Shown piece by piece: positions 30,703-40,404 of a stretch of DNA of 64,000 nt (within the stretch, counting starts at the first letter, position 1; each line of letters begins with the position of its first letter). The stretch covers positions 65,964-129,963 of the forward strand of contig JBHLNZ010000002.1 of NCBI GenBank assembly GCA_048941015.1. The letters run 5' to 3'. Source of the DNA: Promethearchaeota archaeon. GTDB lineage: Archaea; Asgardarchaeota; Lokiarchaeia; Sigyniarchaeales; SOKP01. Below the pieces are notes generated by a model. The model had not been told where the DNA came from. It saw only the letters and a program-made list of their open reading frames with translations, and did not search any database. Position numbers and translations under genes: made by a program.

Positions 30703-31911
30703 TTGACAACGACCAAAGAAAAGAGGAAAAAGGAAGAGACTAAAGATGGGGAATATTTAATTACATATACTAGGCATTTAGAAAAAAGATTACGTAACTT
30801 AGAAACTGAAAAACAATTATTAGATGCAGAGCGATTAAGATTAGAACAAGAATTACATAGTTTAAGAAATGAAATTGATAGGTTAAGAGAACCTCCATTA
30901 GTTTCAGCAACTATAATTGATTTTTTAGATGAGAAAGGTAGAGCGATAGTAAAGAGTTCTACCGGCCCTAGTTTTGTAGTTAATGCTAGCAGAAAAGTTA
31001 GAAATGAAAAGTTATCTCCGGGTATGAGAGTTGCATTAAATCAAAGAACATTCGCAATTATGGAAATCTTACCTACTAAGTTAGATCCATTTGTGAAAGG
31101 TATGGAAGTTATTGATTCTATTCCTGATATATCATATGAAGATGTGGGAGGATTAGAAGAACAAATTCAAGAGGTAAGAGAAACTGTAGAATTACCTCTA
31201 TTAAAACCTGAATTGTTTAAAAGGGTAGGAATCGAGCCACCTAAAGGAGTATTACTTTATGGTCCACCAGGAACCGGTAAAACTTTAGTGGCAAAAGCAG
31301 TTGCCCATGAAACTGAAGCAACTTTTATAAGAATTATTGGTTCTGAGCTAGTTCAAAAATTTATAGGAGAAGGAGCTCGATTAGTTAGAGAAATATTTAA
31401 TTTGGCTAAACAGAAAGCCCCAACTATTTTATTTATTGATGAACTTGATGCGATTGGTTCACAGAGGTTGAAGATAGCTACTTCAGGTGATCGAGAGGTT
31501 CAAAGAACACTGATGCAATTACTTAGCGAGTTAGATGGCTTTGAACAACGAGGAGATGTAAAAATAATTGGTGCGACAAACAGAATCGATATTTTAGATC
31601 CTGCTTTATTAAGACCCGGTCGATTTGATCGAATGATAGATTTTCCTATTCCTGACGAAGCAGCAAGAATGGCTATATTTAAGATTCACTCTAGAAATTT
31701 AAATACCGAAGAAAAAATAAATTTAAAGAAGTTAGTGGAATTAACAGAAGGAGCTACTGGTGCAGATATTAAAGCAATTTGTACTGAAGCAGGAATGTTT
31801 GCAATAAGAAAAGATGCTGAAATTATTGCTCAAGATGATTTTCTTGAAGCTGTTAATAAGGTCCTCCAAAAAAGTAGAGATCGAAATATTGAATCTCGAT
31901 TATACTCATAA
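30703..31911 (+). CDS. pan: Proteasome-activating nucleotidase
   Basis: Coiled coil, [34 protein letters not shown], HbYX tail LYS. Confidence 0.97.
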   Translation: MTTTKEKRKKEETKDGEYLITYTRHLEKRLRNLETEKQLLDAERLRLEQELHSLRNEIDRLREPPLVSATIIDFLDEKGRAIVKSSTGPSFVVNASRKVRNEKLSPGMRVALNQRTFAIMEILPTKLDPFVKGMEVIDSIPDISYEDVGGLEEQIQEVRETVELPLLKPELFKRVGIEPPKGVLLYGPPGTGKTLVAKAVAHETEATFIRIIGSELVQKFIGEGARLVREIFNLAKQKAPTILFIDELDAIGSQRLKIATSGDREVQRTLMQLLSELDGFEQRGDVKIIGATNRIDILDPALLRPGRFDRMIDFPIPDEAARMAIFKIHSRNLNTEEKINLKKLVELTEGATGADIKAICTEAGMFAIRKDAEIIAQDDFLEAVNKVLQKSRDRNIESRLYS

Positions 31912-31989
31912 AGAGTATGTATTTTCTATAATTATATATTAATTCAATTCTTATTTTTTATTTAGGTTAACTTATTTTAGAAAAGCAAA

Positions 31990-32481
31990 ATGCAACTTGA
32001 TATATTACTAGCATTAAGAAAAGCAAGAGGTATTACAGATTACCAATTTGGTTCTGTAATTACTGATATTTTATTTAGCGATGAAAAAAAAATTACATTT
32101 GAGTTTTCAAAAAATACTGGGAAAATTAAACATATTCGCTTCGAGGATAAAATTATTTTAAATTTTCGTCCAAACAATGGCTTTTTTACTTTAACTTTGT
32201 TTTCTGCCAAAAAAATAATCGAAAGCCTTGAAAAACCGACATTAAGAGCAATAGTTTTATCTGAAATATCGGAATTTATTAAAAAAGGACGTAATGTATT
32301 TTGTAAACATATTATTGATATTGATGACAATTTAAGACCATTAGATGAAGTGATTGTTGTTAATCAAGAAGATGAATTATTGGCAATTGGACGATTAATG
32401 ATACCAGTTCCGTATGTGAAAAGCTTTAAATCGGGTATCGCCATTAATGTCAGAAAGGGAGTATATAAATCAAAAATATAA
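31990..32481 (+). CDS. PUA-domain protein (archaeosine TGT C-terminal-like)
   Basis: DYQFG, SKNTGKI, GRNVFCKH, DEVIVV...LLAIG, VRKG. Confidence 0.85.
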   Translation: MQLDILLALRKARGITDYQFGSVITDILFSDEKKITFEFSKNTGKIKHIRFEDKIILNFRPNNGFFTLTLFSAKKIIESLEKPTLRAIVLSEISEFIKKGRNVFCKHIIDIDDNLRPLDEVIVVNQEDELLAIGRLMIPVPYVKSFKSGIAINVRKGVYKSKI

Positions 32482-32522
32482 ATCTTCTTTAACTATATTA
32501 TTTTAAAAAAGATAATTAATTA

Positions 32523-33011
32523 GTGATAAAAATGGTAAAATTACCAAAAGAGATGCAAAAAAGAGAAAAAAATAAACCAAAAAGACCTACTCCTATTAAA
32601 AAAAGGGAAGGTCAACAATTTGGTTCAAGACAAATGCGACGTAAAATGCAACAACAAGGTATTGATATGGATCAAGTTGATGCTACTCGAGTAATTATTG
32701 AAGGTCCTGATAAAACTTTGGTAATTGATGAACCAGAAGTCATATTAATGAAACAAATGGGGCAAGAAATCTATCAAGTAGTAGGCTCAGCAAAGGAATA
32801 TTCGTCATCTGAACTTTCAATAGCTGAAAGTGAAGAAATGGAAGAAGAAATGCTACCAGAATCACCTGAAGTAAAACCAACAATAACAGAAAATGATATT
32901 ATGCTAGTAGCCACACAAACAAATGTTAGTCAAGAAGAAGCGGAAGCAATTTTAAAAGAATGTGAAGGGGATATTGCTAAAGCGATATTATTATTAAAAA
33001 GTCGACCATAG
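32523..33011 (+). CDS. nac: Nascent polypeptide-associated complex protein
   Basis: RQMRRKMQQQGI NAC domain; UBA-like DIMLVA.QT.VS.EEA...GDIAKAI. Confidence 0.93.
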   Translation: MIKMVKLPKEMQKREKNKPKRPTPIKKREGQQFGSRQMRRKMQQQGIDMDQVDATRVIIEGPDKTLVIDEPEVILMKQMGQEIYQVVGSAKEYSSSELSIAESEEMEEEMLPESPEVKPTITENDIMLVATQTNVSQEEAEAILKECEGDIAKAILLLKSRP

Positions 33012-33097
33012 ATTTTTATATCTTTTTTTATAAAAAAATAAGAATTAAGAAGTATATAAAATTCTAAAATATATTAGCTGAAATAGGTTAAAGGAAG

Positions 33098-33448
33098 ATG
33101 TCAAAGATCAAAAAAAAATCTAAACGTGAAACTCTTTTATCAAAAGAAGAAATGATATTTGAAAAAATTATGCAATTTTGTGCTTGGATCTTCTTAGCTG
33201 CCTTAGTACTTTTTATGGGTGCTTGGGTTATATTTGACTATTTATTAGATTTTATCAATTTTGATTTAGCAGCTCCAACATACACATTTATAATTTTTAC
33301 AGGATTGAATGCAGCCGTAAGTTTCGCAACTGCTACAAGAATTAAAAATAATAGAGATCAAAAGAAAAAATTGTATTTGGATTGGTTACTTGGTGAATTT
33401 TTTATCAGTATGTTTGCAATATTTGCAATTGCGGCTTACCAATGGTAA
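33098..33448 (+). CDS. Hypothetical membrane protein (3 TM)
   Basis: 116-aa ORF with hydrophobic segments. Confidence 0.7.
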   Translation: MSKIKKKSKRETLLSKEEMIFEKIMQFCAWIFLAALVLFMGAWVIFDYLLDFINFDLAAPTYTFIIFTGLNAAVSFATATRIKNNRDQKKKLYLDWLLGEFFISMFAIFAIAAYQW

Positions 33449-33479
33449 ATATTTTGACAGTTTTTCCTAAATTAAATCG

Positions 33480-33809
33480 TTATTTATAATCTGCTCTTGC
33501 TGGGCTAAAAATATCAATTACTTCAGAATCTTCCAAAATAATTGCTCCATGTTTAATGTTTGAATCAAAAATATAGCTATCTCCTTCTTTTGCTATGAAC
33601 TCTCTTTCTTCTGTGAAAAACTTTAATTTACCTCTGAGTACATATCCCACTTGATGTTCTTTATGGTTGTGTAATGGAACTTCAGCATCTTTTTTGAGAA
33701 TGAAATAACATAACATTATATCGTTGTTATAAGCTAAAGTTTTACGAAAAATTCCAGCTATGGCATTAACAAATTCGACAGAATTTTTACTAACGAGATA
33801 CTTATTCAT
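33480..33809 (-). CDS. Cupin domain protein
   Basis: PLHNHKEHQVGYVLRG, GD.Y.F..N.KHG, DIFSPARADY. Confidence 0.9.
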   Translation of the reverse strand: MNKYLVSKNSVEFVNAIAGIFRKTLAYNNDIMLCYFILKKDAEVPLHNHKEHQVGYVLRGKLKFFTEEREFIAKEGDSYIFDSNIKHGAIILEDSEVIDIFSPARADYK

Positions 33810-34241
33810 TTTTATTAGACCTTATCACTTAATTACCATACTCTATTTATTTTTTATTTAAATATACTCACAATTAATAATATCAAAAATTTAAATAATA
33901 AGAATTTCTGAAAAATTGGTCATTATCGACATTATTATAAGCATGATCCTTTTAATGAATAAGATTTCCTAGAATAGCAATAAAAATGAGAGATTTTGAG
34001 ATTTAGCACAGATTTAATAGAAGCTAGATAAAAATTCAAGTAAGCTATTAATAAATTAAGTTTAAATTGGAAAAATAAATAAATTTTTATATCAAAAGAG
34101 GTAAATAATTAACCATAATAGGCGACTAATAATTCTAAGAGTTCAATTCATATCGCCGACAAAATAAAATAATTGTTTGTCTGTTATATTAATCTTATTT
34201 GGTATAAGAATATTAAAAATTAAAAAATTTGATGGCTTTAT

Positions 34242-36377
34242 ATGGTAATGGTTCCAGAATCTAAAACAATAAAAGAAGAACAAACTGAAAATTTAAGAAG
34301 AAACTTTCTTAAAAATTTACTACCTCAAGTTTTTCGAACAGAAGGGGATGTGGTATATTTTGATCCATTAAAAATTGAGCAGAGCATAATGAACGAGACG
34401 GGTTTAAATCATAATTCTGCTCATAAAATTACTGAATTAGTTATTCGGAGAATTATATCTTCGGGGATAAAATTTCTTTCAGGACCACATATTAGAGAAA
34501 TAGTGTGCTCTATTTTGTCAGAACAACATTTTGAAGAAGAAAGAAAACTATATACTAGGATTGGAATGCCACTGATGGATTATGAAGCTATTTTAGAAAA
34601 AGGAATTACTGAGAATGCTAATCAAGATATGAATCCAGAAAGTATTCATCATTGGGCTGCGAATAGAATTTCTGATGAATATGCATTACTGAGAATTTTG
34701 GATTCTGAAGAAGCGCACGCTCATCTATATGGGGATATTCATGTACATATGCTCAGATATTTTGATTTACGCCCCTTTTGCCAGGAATGGGATCCACGTA
34801 TGATTCTTGAGCATGGTTTACCTCCTGTAGAAAGTTGGGCTCACTGCAGCAGATCAGGTCCTGCAGGGAGTTTAAGAGTAGCGGTTACCCATTTGGCTAA
34901 ATGGTTAGGTATTATCCAAGGTGAATTTTCAGGTGGGCAAGGATACGATTATATTACTTCATTTCTTGCGCCTTATGCGCGAGGTCTTTCAAAAAGAGAG
35001 ATTGAACAGTCAATGCAATGTTTGATATTTGAAACTAATCAAATTTTTGCCGCAAGAGGGGGACAAGTTCCTTTTACTTCTATTTCCTGTACACCTACTA
35101 TTCCTGAGGGTTTACTAAATATTCCTGCTGTTGGTCCTCATGGAAAACTAGTTGGTGAGTACGGTGATTATATTGATGAATGTCTTCAATTATTTGATGC
35201 ATTAACTGATGTTTACATTCAAGGTGATTATAATGGTAAGCTTTTTGCATTTCCTAAGCATGAAATAAAAATTAAAAAAGATTGGATAAATAAATTCGAA
35301 GCATCTTATCTTAAGGTTATGGAAGAGGTCGCTACTATGGGAACTCCTTATTTCTTAAATATGTGCCCTGATTGGATGCCTGATGAGATACATAGTCAAT
35401 GTTGTAGAAAATTTCTTAGTGGCAATCAAATAATAAATCAATGTATTTTAGATCCAGAGAAAAGAAAAAATGCAAATATATGGGAAAATTATGTGACGAT
35501 TGGCTCTCTTCAAAGTGTAAGTTTAAATTTACCAAGATATGCTTATATTGCATTAAATGAAGATAATTATTTTACTATTTTAAATGATAAAATAGAGCTT
35601 TCTGCAAGAATTTTAAGGAAAAAATGGGATTTAATGGAAAAAAGGTTAAAAACAGGTCATTTACCATTATGTAGTGGTAAAATTAAGGGTGAACCAATAT
35701 TTAAGTTGAAAGATCAAAATCTTTCCATAGGATTTACTGGATTAAATGAAGCTGTGAAAAGTTTAACTGGATTTGATTTACATGAAGATGATAGCGCTTA
35801 TAATCTAGGTAAAAAAATCTTGAATTATATGGTTGCAAAATGTAATACTATGACTCAACGAGACGGTAAGTCTTATTCACTTTGGGAACAACCTGCTGAG
35901 AGTTCAAGTTCACGTATGGCACGCCTTGATTTAAAGCATTTTCCAAAGAAAGCTATACCACAATCAAAGGATTTGGCTCCATATTATACTAATTCATGTC
36001 ACTTACGTTATGATGCAGATATTCCATTATCAGAGCGTATTAGGAAACAAGGTAATTTTCATCCTATTGTAGAAGGAGGAGTTATAACTCATATCTGGCT
36101 TGGAGAACAAAAACCCGATTTAAATGGATTATGGGAGTTTACTAAAAATATTTGCCTCAATAGTAATACAGCATATTTTGCTTATACTATAGATTTCACC
36201 TATTGTCCTTCATGTTGTAAAATGTTTCGAGGTGGAATGTTTATTTGCCCCCATTGTTCTTCAAAAGATGTGAAAGTTTATTCAAGAATTACAGGGTATT
36301 ATAGTGAAGTAAATAGATACAATCAAGGAAAAAGAGCAGAATGGGAAGCTAGAAAAAGAGAAGTATTATTTAGTTAA
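34242..36377 (+). CDS. nrdD: Anaerobic (class III) ribonucleoside-triphosphate reductase with ATP cone
   Basis: ATP cone; H..GDIHVH; SQCCR finger loop; QPAE; YYTNS; CxxC..CxxC; glycyl radical YSRITGYY. Confidence 0.96.
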   Translation: MVMVPESKTIKEEQTENLRRNFLKNLLPQVFRTEGDVVYFDPLKIEQSIMNETGLNHNSAHKITELVIRRIISSGIKFLSGPHIREIVCSILSEQHFEEERKLYTRIGMPLMDYEAILEKGITENANQDMNPESIHHWAANRISDEYALLRILDSEEAHAHLYGDIHVHMLRYFDLRPFCQEWDPRMILEHGLPPVESWAHCSRSGPAGSLRVAVTHLAKWLGIIQGEFSGGQGYDYITSFLAPYARGLSKREIEQSMQCLIFETNQIFAARGGQVPFTSISCTPTIPEGLLNIPAVGPHGKLVGEYGDYIDECLQLFDALTDVYIQGDYNGKLFAFPKHEIKIKKDWINKFEASYLKVMEEVATMGTPYFLNMCPDWMPDEIHSQCCRKFLSGNQIINQCILDPEKRKNANIWENYVTIGSLQSVSLNLPRYAYIALNEDNYFTILNDKIELSARILRKKWDLMEKRLKTGHLPLCSGKIKGEPIFKLKDQNLSIGFTGLNEAVKSLTGFDLHEDDSAYNLGKKILNYMVAKCNTMTQRDGKSYSLWEQPAESSSSRMARLDLKHFPKKAIPQSKDLAPYYTNSCHLRYDADIPLSERIRKQGNFHPIVEGGVITHIWLGEQKPDLNGLWEFTKNICLNSNTAYFAYTIDFTYCPSCCKMFRGGMFICPHCSSKDVKVYSRITGYYSEVNRYNQGKRAEWEARKREVLFS

Positions 36378-36420
36378 ATTTTTTTTGATTTTTTAAATAC
36401 TTTGTTTCTTTATTAAATAT

Positions 36421-36738
36421 ATGAATTATGAAATTTCATTAAGAGAATTTCAAGAAAAAATTAATGATTGGATTTGCTCTCATGGAGGATATTGGCCTCC
36501 TTTAGCGATGCTTTCTGCTGTTATTGAAGAAATCGGAGAATTAGCAAGAGAGATTAATCATATTCAAGGATTTAAACCTAAAAAGAAAGAAGATGAAATA
36601 ATAAATATTGGGGAAGAGTTAGCAGATATCGTTTATGCATTAATATGTATAGCCAACTATTATAAAGTTGATTTAAGTAACGAATTGATTAATGTTATTG
36701 AAAAATATTCAAGAAGAGATTCAAATAGATTTATCTAA
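36421..36738 (+). CDS. MazG-like nucleotide pyrophosphohydrolase
   Basis: EEIGELARE, EELADIV...IAN, KY..RD..R. Confidence 0.9.
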   Translation: MNYEISLREFQEKINDWICSHGGYWPPLAMLSAVIEEIGELAREINHIQGFKPKKKEDEIINIGEELADIVYALICIANYYKVDLSNELINVIEKYSRRDSNRFI

Positions 36739-36753
36739 TTAGTTGTTGGATTC

Positions 36754-37527
36754 ATGAGTGAGATCATTCTAAATGGTAAAAAGATTAAATTATGGGGAGA
36801 TAGATTAGATTTAAGTGAAAAGAAGATTAAATGTATCTCTGAAATAAAGGGTCTTGAAAATCTTACTTATTTGAAAGAATTAAATCTTTCAGGAAATAGT
36901 ATTAAACAAGTGAAAGATATTGAAATTTTAAGTAACCTAGAAAGCTTGAACCTCAGATATAACCAACTTTCAGAGATTAGTGGGATAGAATCTTTAACGA
37001 GTTTAAAGAAATTATATTTATATAATAATAATTTAACTCAAATTAAAGGTTTGGATAAGTTAAAAAACCTAAAGGTTCTTAATCTATATGAGAATTATAT
37101 AACAAAAATAAAAGGTCTTGAAAATTTAATTTGTTTAGAAGAACTACATCTTGGGAGTAACAAGCTTTCTGAAATTAAAGGTCTAATACCTCTTAAAAAT
37201 TTGAGATTTTTAAATTTAGAAAAGAATAAAATCTCTGAAATAAAAGGTCTTAATACTCTTAAAAATTTGGTCTTACTTAATCTTAAATGGAATCAAATTA
37301 GTGAGATTAAGAATTTAGAGAATCTTCAAAATTTAATGAGGTTAGAGCTTGCATATAATCTAATTTCTCAAATTAAAGGATTAGAAAAACTGGAGAAGTT
37401 AATTAATCTAGATCTTAGAGGTAATCCGATTTATAATTCTTATATTAAAGATAAAAATAACTTAAAGAAAATGGTTAAAGATTTGGATGCTCAAGATTTA
37501 GTAAAATTATGTAAACAAAAAATTTAG
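36754..37527 (+). CDS. Leucine-rich repeat protein (Sds22-type 22-aa repeats)
   Basis: About 9 repeats of LxxLxxLxLxxNxIxxIxGL. Confidence 0.92.
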   Translation: MSEIILNGKKIKLWGDRLDLSEKKIKCISEIKGLENLTYLKELNLSGNSIKQVKDIEILSNLESLNLRYNQLSEISGIESLTSLKKLYLYNNNLTQIKGLDKLKNLKVLNLYENYITKIKGLENLICLEELHLGSNKLSEIKGLIPLKNLRFLNLEKNKISEIKGLNTLKNLVLLNLKWNQISEIKNLENLQNLMRLELAYNLISQIKGLEKLEKLINLDLRGNPIYNSYIKDKNNLKKMVKDLDAQDLVKLCKQKI

Positions 37528-37668
37528 ATAAATATTCTTTTTTAATTGATAATCACAATTTTTTAAAGAATTTATGTTTGAATTATAAAATTTTAATTGT
37601 TTAAAATGTTCTATTTTTTAAGAAATGGTAAATCAATTGGAAAAATGCATACGATATTTTAAAAAAAA

Positions 37669-38844
37669 ATGGAAGAAAATGGACTAAAAAAGCAAGAAAT
37701 ACTAAAAATATTAGAAAAGAAACTGGAAAAGGATTATTCATACAATTCAGGGTCGATATTAGGATCGATGTGTACAGAACCTTTTAATTTAGGATGTGAG
37801 GTATATTTGAAATATATTTCGAAGAATTTAGGCGATCCAGGTTTATTTCCAGGAACTGCTGAATTAGAAGATGAACTAGTTAATGAAATTGGAGAATTAT
37901 TTGGTGGAAAAAATATAACAGGAACATTTACAACTGGAGGTTCTGAGGCAAATTTGATAGCTATGAGGATTGCTAAAAAATTAAGACCTGATTTAGAAAA
38001 TCCTGAAGTAATTGTTCCCGCATCAGCACATATCTCTTTTGATAAAGCTGCTGATTTGTTAAATATTAAATTGCAGAAAGTAAAACTTAATGAAAATTTT
38101 AAATTAGACCTTAATCATTTCAAGTCTTTAATTAATAAAAATACTTGCGGAGTTGTTGGAGTTGCTGGAACAACATCATTAGGATTAATAGATCCAATTA
38201 AAGAAATTGGGAGATTAATTGAAGGAAAAGATATTTTTTTCCACGTTGATGCTGCTTTTGGTGGATTTATTCTACCTTTTTTAGAACGATTGGGATATCA
38301 GATACCCAGTTGGGATTTTTCAGTCACAAACGTTGATTCTATTACTGCGGATCCACATAAGATGGGATTAGGAGTCATACCTTCTGGAGGTTTTTTCATT
38401 AGAGATTCTTCAATTTTACAGAAAACAGGATTTGAAATTCCCTATTTAGCGGGAGGTAATTTTAAACATTTTCATATTGTTGGTACTAGACCGGGAGCGA
38501 GTATTATTGCGTTTTGGGTTATTTTAAAGGCACTTGGAATTAATGGCTTTAAGAATATTGTTAAAAAATGTATGCAGAATACATTATTTTTAAGTGAAGA
38601 AATTTCTAAAATTAACGGACTTAAGCTTGCTGCAAAACCAGAAATGAACGTGGTAGGTATAACAACTAAAAATGGAAGCAGTATCTGTGAAATTGATGAG
38701 GAATTAAGGAAAAAAAATTGGATGCTAGGAAAATTTGTCAATTTTAATTTAATTAGAGTTGTTATCATGCCTCATGTAGAAAGAGCACATTTATATAATT
38801 TTTTAGATGATTTAAATAATATCGTTCAGGTGTTACAATTATAA
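37669..38844 (+). CDS. mfnA: PLP-dependent tyrosine/aspartate decarboxylase MfnA
   Basis: ILGSMCT, NLGDPGLFPGT, GGSEAN, HVDAAFGG, PLP site DPHKMG, GTRPGA. Confidence 0.92.
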   Translation: MEENGLKKQEILKILEKKLEKDYSYNSGSILGSMCTEPFNLGCEVYLKYISKNLGDPGLFPGTAELEDELVNEIGELFGGKNITGTFTTGGSEANLIAMRIAKKLRPDLENPEVIVPASAHISFDKAADLLNIKLQKVKLNENFKLDLNHFKSLINKNTCGVVGVAGTTSLGLIDPIKEIGRLIEGKDIFFHVDAAFGGFILPFLERLGYQIPSWDFSVTNVDSITADPHKMGLGVIPSGGFFIRDSSILQKTGFEIPYLAGGNFKHFHIVGTRPGASIIAFWVILKALGINGFKNIVKKCMQNTLFLSEEISKINGLKLAAKPEMNVVGITTKNGSSICEIDEELRKKNWMLGKFVNFNLIRVVIMPHVERAHLYNFLDDLNNIVQVLQL

Positions 38845-38850
38845 ATTTTT

Positions 38851-39444
38851 TCAAAAAGATATGTCATAACTTATAATTTTTTTACCGATTAAGCCTGAAA
38901 TTTCTAATAACTCCTCTAGAATTATTTTATCTGTTTTATTCTCATGATCATATAAAAAAACAATATCTGTATCTTCACTGCTTAAATTTTTTAATTTAAG
39001 GATTAAATTTTCACTTTTTTTTTTTATACTAGGTAAGATTTTATTGGAAATATTAGGATTTACTTTTAAGTAGTTTTTAACCAAGATGGGGCCACCAGAA
39101 ACAATAATATTTCGTGGATCAATTCCTAATTCCTTTAATTTCTTCTTATTGGAGTTAGATGATACTAATATGATATTTAAATTTCCAGCAAGCTCCTTTA
39201 TCTTGTTTATTAATTCTTGTTTTGATTTTTTTTTTGTAGTTGTGGAGTTTTGTGCAAGATATTTTAAAAATAAAGGAACGAGTTTCGATTGCAATGATTC
39301 AAGTATAAAAAGATACTTTTCTAATAATTGCTCATCTAATTCGTAATTTGGAACAACTTCTCTGATTAATATCTTAATTTCTAATAAATCATCTATAGCA
39401 GCTAAAAGAGACTTAACATCTTTAGAATCTAACTTTATCATCAC
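38851..39444 (-). CDS. Conserved archaeal hypothetical protein (DUF2100-like)
   Basis: SNKKKLK..GIDPRNIIVSGGP...YLKVNP. Confidence 0.65.
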   Translation of the reverse strand: MMIKLDSKDVKSLLAAIDDLLEIKILIREVVPNYELDEQLLEKYLFILESLQSKLVPLFLKYLAQNSTTTKKKSKQELINKIKELAGNLNIILVSSNSNKKKLKELGIDPRNIIVSGGPILVKNYLKVNPNISNKILPSIKKKSENLILKLKNLSSEDTDIVFLYDHENKTDKIILEELLEISGLIGKKIISYDISF

Positions 39445-39597
39445 TAGTTTAACCTTTTATAATAGTAAATATAATAATTATTATAAATGAGAATTTTATA
39501 ATGTAATTACTAGAAATATATTTATTAACAAAAAAGTAATTTAATAATTTATATATAGTTAATAGGGTTAAATTTCTGCTTTAAATTGATTTAAAGA

Positions 39598-40383
39598 ATG
39601 GTTAAAGAAAAAAAGAAAACATTAGGAATAAAAACCGCAAGATATTTTACCAAAAAATGCGTTAAATGCAATTTTGAATATCCAAATTGGTTTACTAATT
39701 GTCCTAAGTGCGGCGCTGCTTGGGATGACACAGAATCAATAGTTCAGAGGGATCACGAGACTTTTATCAAAAAAACAATCAAAATTGTAGTTAAAATAAC
39801 AGAAGAAGATTTTGATGAATCGTTAGAAAGAGTTCAGTTAATTTTCAGTGCTGATCATGGAAAATCATGGTATCAGATGAGAATGGACAATCAAGTCGAT
39901 TATTTTATAGCAGAGATAGCAGAGGTACCTTTAGGCTCAACTATTATTTATTATATTGAAGTCAGATTAGAAAATGGAGAAAAAGTTATAGAAAATAATG
40001 AAGGTAAATACTTTTTTTATAAAGTTGGAGCTACTTTAGAAGAAACCGAAAGACAAGCATCAAGTTTAAAGAATCATATTAAAGAAGAAGCTCCTTTGAC
40101 TCCAGAATATTCAATGTCTAAAGAAAGTGCTATAGAACAACCCATCGTTCAAAATGAGAAGTATTTTAATCCTAATGAAACAAAGGTTCCTCCCTTAACA
40201 AAAACATTAGTCAAAGTTCAGCCACCTCAAAATACTCCAATAGAGTATGATGTAAAAAGTAATAAAACTATATTTGGTAAACTTCAAACTCAAGTGGATC
40301 CTGATCTAAAATTATGTCCATATTGTAGTTCAAAAATTAAAAAAATGTGGAGTACATGCCCTATATGTGGAAAGAGTATTTAA
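39598..40383 (+). CDS. Zinc-ribbon / Ig-like / zinc-ribbon hypothetical protein
   Basis: CVKC..CPKC at N-terminus; beta-rich core (SADHGKSW...YYIEV); CPYC..CPICG at C-terminus. Confidence 0.75.
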   Translation: MVKEKKKTLGIKTARYFTKKCVKCNFEYPNWFTNCPKCGAAWDDTESIVQRDHETFIKKTIKIVVKITEEDFDESLERVQLIFSADHGKSWYQMRMDNQVDYFIAEIAEVPLGSTIIYYIEVRLENGEKVIENNEGKYFFYKVGATLEETERQASSLKNHIKEEAPLTPEYSMSKESAIEQPIVQNEKYFNPNETKVPPLTKTLVKVQPPQNTPIEYDVKSNKTIFGKLQTQVDPDLKLCPYCSSKIKKMWSTCPICGKSI

Positions 40384-40404
40384 ATTTAAGATAAAATTAA
40401 TTCC

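Noticed and set aside
4381-36377. Inteins in RtcB, Cdc6, DP2, RpoB or NrdD
   Set aside because: Lengths are normal and no intein splice or LAGLIDADG motifs are seen
37669-38844. mfnA as evidence of methanogenesis
   Set aside because: MfnA homologs also make beta-alanine for CoA, panB is nearby, and no methanogenesis genes are in the window
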